Assembly (NCBI RefSeq): GCF_006345805.1
Contig: NW_021826751.1
Span: 1-12,026, forward strand
Origin: Octopus sinensis
Lineage: Eukaryota
DNA: 12,026 nt
Reading direction: 5' to 3'
Shown: piece after piece, positions 7,524-12,026 of the stretch
Layout: each line of letters starts with the position of its first letter
Numbering within the stretch: the first letter of the stretch is position 1
Translations under genes and position numbers: made by a program
Notes under the pieces: generated by a model
Databases searched by the model: none
What the model was told of the DNA's origin: nothing
The model's input: the letters and a program-made list of their open reading frames with translations, nothing else

Positions 7524-7927
7524 AATAATAATCCTTTCTACTTTAGGGACAAGGCCCGAAATTTTGGGGAGAGGGGCCATTCGATTAGATCGACCCCAGT
7601 ACTCAACTGATACTTGATTTATCGACCCTGAAAGATTGAAAGGCAATGTCGACCTCCGCGGAATTTGAACTCCGAACGTAACGACGGGCGAAATACCTAT
7701 TTCTTTACTACCCACAAGGGGCTAAACGTAGAAAGGACAAACAAGTACAGACAAAGGGATTAACTCGATTAGATCGACCCCCAGTGCGTCACTGGTACTT
7801 AATTTATCAACCCCGAAAGGATGAAAGGTAAAGTCGACCTCGGCGGAATTTGAACTCAGAACGCAGCGGCGGACGAAATACAGCTAAGCATTTCGTCCAG
7901 CGTGCTAACGACTCTGCTAGCTCACCG
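7524..7927 (-). mobile_element. SINE family B, dimeric
   Basis: Same tail/core/linker/core/head layout as 2165-2786; units ~7524-7696 and 7697-7927; linker CTATTTCTTTACTACCCACAAGGGGCTAAAC...GACAAAGGGATTAA shared with the trimer. Confidence 0.9.
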
Positions 7928-7928
7928 A

Positions 7929-7970
7929 ATTAATAATAATAATAATAATAATTATAATAATAATAATAAT
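7929..7970. repeat. (AAT)n microsatellite
   Basis: Read directly; one ATT interruption. Confidence 0.95.
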
Positions 7971-8218
7971 ACTTTTTTACTCTTTTACTTGTTTCAGTCA
8001 TTTGATTGCGGCCATGCTGGAGTACTGCCTTTAGTCGAGCAAATCGACCCCAGGACTTAATCTTTGGAAGCCTAGTACTTGTTCTATCGGTGTCTTTTGC
8101 CGAACCGCTAAGTTACGAGGACGTAAATACACCACCATCGGTTGTCAAGCGATGTTGGGGGGGACAAACACAGACACACAAACATACACACACCCATACT
8201 TATATATATATATATATT
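7971..8218 (-). mobile_element. SINE family A, 3' tail half plus microsatellite
   Basis: CTCTTTTACTTGTTTCAGTCATTT...GGCCATGCTGGAG...CCTTTAGTCGAGCAAATCGA...GTTGTCAAGCGATGTTGGGGGGGACAAAC is the reverse complement of ~4790-4993. Confidence 0.92.
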
Positions 8219-8261
8219 CTTGTGAGTGGATTAGGTAGACGGAAACTGAAAGAAGCCTGTC

Positions 8262-8305
<44 letters not shown>

Positions 8306-8306
8306 A

Positions 8307-8357
<51 letters not shown>

Positions 8358-8379
8358 TATACGACGGGCTTCTACTAAA
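8219..8379. mobile_element. Scrambled SINE-A core fragments in tail-to-tail orientation around a long (TA)n
   Basis: 8219-8262 (+) TGTGAGTGGATTAGGTAGACGGAAACTGAAAGAAGCCTGTCG; (TA)n 8263-8360; 8361-8379 (-) ACGACGGGCTTCT-ACTAAA with an internal deletion. Confidence 0.85.
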
Positions 8380-8390
8380 GTTTAATAAGA

Positions 8391-8428
8391 CCTTTATATT
8401 TCGGTTTCAAAGGCCCATCTTCAGAAGA
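8391..8428 (-). ncRNA. Minimal hammerhead ribozyme motif (PLE type), second family
   Basis: Minus strand: TCTT CTGAAGA T GG-GCCTTTGAAA-CC GAAA TA TA AAGG. CUGANGA, extra U, short stem II (GG/CC), GAAA, self-complementary AUAU, UA site, stem I UCUU/AAGG (3 Watson-Crick pairs + 1 wobble). Stem II is only 2 bp. Confidence 0.5.
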
Positions 8429-8487
8429 AAAGACCAGTTATGTAGGATCCGATAATACATGGATCCATAATAATTATTATCGTCATA

Positions 8488-8652
8488 GGCGTAGGAGTGG
8501 CTGTGTGGTAAGTAGCTTGCTTAGAACCACATGGTTTCTGGTTCAGTCCCACTGCGTGGCACTTTGGGTAAGTGTCTTCTACTATAGCCTCGGGTCGATC
8601 AAATTCTTGTGAGTGGATTTGGTAGACGGAAACTGAAAGAAGCCCGTCGTAT

Positions 8653-8689
<37 letters not shown>
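8488..8689 (+). mobile_element. SINE family A, 5' half (head + core + microsatellite)
   Basis: GGCGTAGGAGTGGCTGTGTGGTAAGTAGCTTGC...GGTTCAGTCCCACTGCGTGGCAC...GGTAGACGGAAACTGAAAGAAGCCCGTCGT (ends 8650), then (AC)n(AT)n. Confidence 0.93.
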
Positions 8690-8792
8690 CGACGTAGTAG
8701 AAGACACTTAACCAAAGTGCCATGCAGTGGGACTGAACCGGTAACCATGTGGTTCGTAAGCAAGCTACTTACCACACAGCCACTCCTACGCC
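8689..8792 (-). mobile_element. SINE family A head, inverted copy with internal ~65 bp deletion
   Basis: ACGACG joined directly to TAGTAGAAGACAC...CACTCCTACGCC; the GCCTCGG...GAAGCC core segment is missing. Confidence 0.9.
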
Positions 8793-9024
8793 TATGATGA
8801 TAATAATTATTATGGATCCATGTATTATCGGATCCTACATAACTGGTCTTTTCTTCTGAAGATGGGCCTTTGAAACGGGACTGAACCGAGAACCATGTGG
8901 TTCGTAAGCAAGCTACTTACCACACAGCCACTCCTACGCCTATGATGATAATAATTATTATGGATCCATGTATTATCGGATCCTACATAACTGGTCTTTT
9001 CTTCTGAAGATGGGCCTTTGAAAA
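8729..9024. repeat. 148 bp tandem duplication (8729-8876 / 8877-9024)
   Basis: Both units run GGGACTGAACCG...CCTACGCC-TATGATGATAATAATTATTATGGATCC...CTGAAGATGGGCCTTTGAAA; differences only at GGT/GAG near the start and the last base. Confidence 0.96.
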
Positions 9025-9037
9025 CGAAATATAAAGG
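9000..9037 (+). ncRNA. Minimal hammerhead ribozyme motif, inverted duplicate of 8391-8428
   Basis: TCTT CTGAAGA(9004-9010) T GGGCCTTTGAAAAC GAAA(9026-9029) TATA AAGG; a C>A change leaves stem II with one G-C pair. A truncated third copy lies at ~8852-8876. Confidence 0.4.
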
Positions 9038-9096
9038 TCTTATGAAACTTCCCGTATTGCCAGAAGCTGTCTATTTTCTCTCTTTTTACATTCTAG

Positions 9097-9122
9097 TACA
9101 CACACACAAACACACACACACA

Positions 9123-9184
<62 letters not shown>

Positions 9185-9245
9185 AACAAACACACACAAA
9201 CAAACAAACACACATATATACATGTGTGTGTGTGTGTGTGTGCGT
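9097..9245. repeat. (CA)n/(CAAA)n then inverted (TG)n microsatellite
   Basis: Read directly; the switch from CA to TG occurs at CATG (9221-9224). Confidence 0.95.
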
Positions 9246-9619
9246 ATATACATGCATACATACATACTGCATATCCTCAGCTTGTACTTTCTATTATTCC
9301 CTAACCCACAAGAACCTCGTGAGGTTCAAGACAACCTTGAATACGTCGAGGTTTGAACTCAGAATGTATGCAACGGGAGCCATTATTTCCCTCCATCTAA
9401 AACTGCCAATCCACTGGAAAAAAAATGATAATAATAGTCTATTCAGGCAGGTTTTCTTTTTTTTCTTTTTCTTATCTTTTTTTAAAAAATTTTTTTTTTA
9501 TTGAAATGGTTTGAGCGAAGCATTCCTGGTAATTTGAAACCTGTTTCAGAAACCTGTTTCACTGTGAAAACGGTTGCTGACCTGTTTATGTGTGTGCTGC
9601 AAATGTTCTTTTCCTCAGT

Positions 9620-11222
9620 GTGTACTTATGTGTAAATTTGTGTGTATGTGTGTGTGTGTGTTAGCGCGTGTTTGTGCATGTAATAGTGCATGTAATAGAG
9701 CGTGTATGTATGTATGTATGTATGTCTGTATGTATGTATGTATGTATGTATGGATGGATGGATGGATGGATGGATGGATGGATGGATGGATGGGTAGCTG
9801 TTCCTTGTGTATGTTTGTTACGTGTGTACGTATGTATGTTGTATGCTATTCTGTATGTATGTATGTATGTATGTATGTGTATGTGTATGCATGCATGTAT
9901 GAATGTATGTATGTGTTTGTACATTATGTTATGTATGCATGCATGCATGTACGCATATATATGTATGCTATATATATATGCATGCATGTATGTATGCATG
10001 CACACATGTAGGTATGAATCCGGGAAGGCATGTATGCATGTATGTATGCATGTATGCATGTATATATGTATGTATCTATCTATCTATGTGTGCATGTATG
10101 TATATATGCATGTGTGCATATATGCATGTATGTATATATGCATGTATGGATGGATGCATGCATGTATGCATGTATATATGTATGCATGTATGTATGTTTG
10201 TATCTATCTATGTATGAATTACGTATGTATGCCTGTATGTATTATCTATCGATGTGTGCACGTATTTATGTATGCATGCATGAATGTATGTATGCATGCA
10301 TGTTTGCAGCCATGTATGCAAGTATTTATGTATGCAAGTATGTATGCTTGTATGCATGTATGTATGTATGCATGTATGCATGTATACAAGTATGTATGTA
10401 TGCAAGTATGTATGTATGCATGTATGTATGTATGTATGTATGTATGTATGTATGTATGCATGTATGTATGTATGCATGTATGCATGTATACAAGTATGTA
10501 TGTATGCATTTATGTATGCAAGTATGTATGTATGCATGTATGTATGTATGTATGCATGTATGTATGTATGTATGTATGTATGCATGCATGTATGTATGTA
10601 TGTATGTATGTATGTATGTATGTATGCATGTATGTATGTATGTATGCATGTATGTATGTATGCATTTATGTATTCAAGTATGTATGTATGCATGTATGTA
10701 TGTATGTATGCATGTATGTATGTATGTATGTATGTATGCATGTATGTATGTATGCATGTATGCATGTATACAAGTATGTATGTATGCATTTATGTATGCA
10801 AGTATGTATGTATGCATTATGTTTGCATGTTGGTATGCATGTATGTATTTATCTATCTATGTGTACATGTATGTATATATGTATGTATGTACATAATGTT
10901 TGTTATGTATGTATGTATGTATGTGTGAATGTATGTAGTATGCATGCATGCGTATGTGCATGTATGTATTATACGCATGCATGCATTTATGTATCTATTT
11001 ATTTATGTGTGCATATATGTATGTACATAATGTTTGCTATGTATGTATATATGTGTGTATGTAATTATGTATGCGTGTGTCTTTATGCGTGAAAGTGATT
11101 TTGTATACGTATGCATGCGTATACTTCCGTATAATCTTTTTCTAAATGTGACGATATGTGTGTGTGTGTGTGTGTGTGTATTTGTGCGTATGCATGTATG
11201 TTATATATGTCTATATGCATAT
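9620..11222. repeat. ~1.6 kb TATG/TGCA-based simple-sequence satellite with a (TGGA)n block and internal higher-order repeats
   Basis: TATG monomers with TGCA, CAAG, CATT and TATC variants; (TGGA)n 9751-9792; identical ~63 bp blocks at 10474-10536 and 10754-10816. Confidence 0.95.
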
Positions 11223-11260
11223 TAAAGTGTGAATCTAGTTTTGTATAGTTGTGTATATGT

Positions 11261-11585
11261 GGTTGCGTGGCTTAGTGTTTAGGAGTATTAGGATCACAAT
11301 TGTAAGGTCGTGAGTTCGATTCCTTGTAGCGCGTGTTGTGTCCTTGAGCAAGACACTTTATTTCACGTTGTTCCAGTCCACTCAGCTGGCAAAAATGAGT
11401 TGTACCTGTATTTCAAAGGGCCAACCTTGTCACACTCTGTGTCACACTGAATCTCCCTGAGAACTACGTTAGGGGTACACGTGTCTGTGGATTGCTCAGT
11501 CACTTGCACGTTAATTTCACGAGCAAGCTGTTCCACTGATCGTACCAGCTGGGACCTCGTCGTCGTAACCGACAGAGTGCTCCTA
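11261..11585 (+). mobile_element. SINE family C, near full length
   Basis: A-box TGGCTTAGTG (11268-11277), B-box GAGTTCGATTCC (11312-11323), core GTGTCCTTGAGCAAGACACTTTATTTCAC...CTCAGCTGGCAAAAATGAG, body collinear with 6208-6450. Confidence 0.9.
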
Positions 11586-11712
11586 TTCTAGAGTAAATGT
11601 GTCTGCGGAATACTCAACCAATTGTACGATGATTCAGTGAACTGGGGATTTGGTTGATCCAACAACTGAATCCTTACTTTTCATCCATTTACTCTCGGGC
11701 ATTACTTGATTG

Positions 11713-12026
11713 TATAGGGACATATCGATCTCGGAGGTGAGTGGCATGGCTGGTGAGGTTGAATGGATTTACATTTGAGTATGCTTTTCTAAATAACAGG
11801 TAATTAACTGGAACGTGTGGTCCATGTCATGTGTACTGTGACCGCATTTACATAGGACAGTTCGGTCGGCTATAGGGACATATCGATCTCGGAGGTGAGT
11901 GGCATGGCTGGTGAGGTTGAATGGATTTACATTTGAGTATGCTTTTCTAAATAACAGGTAATTAACTGGAACGTGTGGTCCATGTCATGTGTACTGTGAC
12001 CGCATTTACATAGGACAGTTCGGTCG
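11713..12026. repeat. 158 bp perfect tandem repeat (at least 2 copies, runs off the window)
   Basis: 11713-11870 equals 11871-12026 over all 156 visible bases (TATAGGGACATATCGATCTCGGAGGTGAGT...GGACAGTTCGGTCG). Confidence 0.97.

Noticed and set aside
9335-9375. GAGGTTTGAACTCAGAATGTA, similar to the SINE-B B-box region
   Set aside because: Only ~20 bp of similarity; possibly a very old fragment but too short to annotate.
8006-9504. ORFs 8006-8455, 8421-8723, 8609-8797, 9018-9356, 9040-9261, 9226-9504 (and similar ones at 2639-2926, 3317-3645, 4608-5004, 6253-6441, 7497-7715)
   Set aside because: They lie within SINE copies or microsatellites; the similar peptides at different loci reflect repeat homology, not genes.
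9574-11225. Long ORFs of 63-474 aa (MYVC/HTYI-rich) on both strands
   Set aside because: They are translations of (TATG)n/(CATA)n, which lack stop codons; no complexity or domain signal.
11261-11335. tRNA gene candidates at SINE heads (also 3689-3746, 4595-4660, 8488-8555)
   Set aside because: A/B boxes are present, but I could not fold a complete cloverleaf with acceptor stem, and each continues into a SINE body.
11713-12026. 158 bp tandem repeat as a retrozyme
   Set aside because: The size fits, but no CUGANGA...GAAA core is present on either strand.

Overview
AT-rich eukaryotic (animal) non-coding DNA made almost entirely of repeats. No host protein-coding exon, rRNA, true tRNA or CRISPR array can be supported. 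The SINE families look like the abundant tRNA-derived SINEs I recall from Octopus genomes; this taxon call is from memory, not a search. The window holds three tRNA-headed SINE families (labelled A, B and C here), two RTE-type LINE 3' ends, one very decayed LINE RT region, many microsatellites and a ~1.6 kb TATG-based satellite. All long ORFs in the supplied track are microsatellite or SINE artefacts. The most notable structure: (i) minimal hammerhead-ribozyme motifs of the Penelope-like-element type at 2956-2995 (+), 8391-8428 (-) and 9000-9037 (+); (ii) a ~670 bp fold-back (8378-9050) that copies a SINE head together with its hammerhead-bearing flank and contains a 148 bp tandem duplication; (iii) SINE-B dimers/trimers joined at a palindromic junction; (iv) a 98%-identical 157 bp dispersed duplication inside an otherwise ancient LINE; (v) a perfect 158 bp tandem repeat with splice-like signals running off the right edge.
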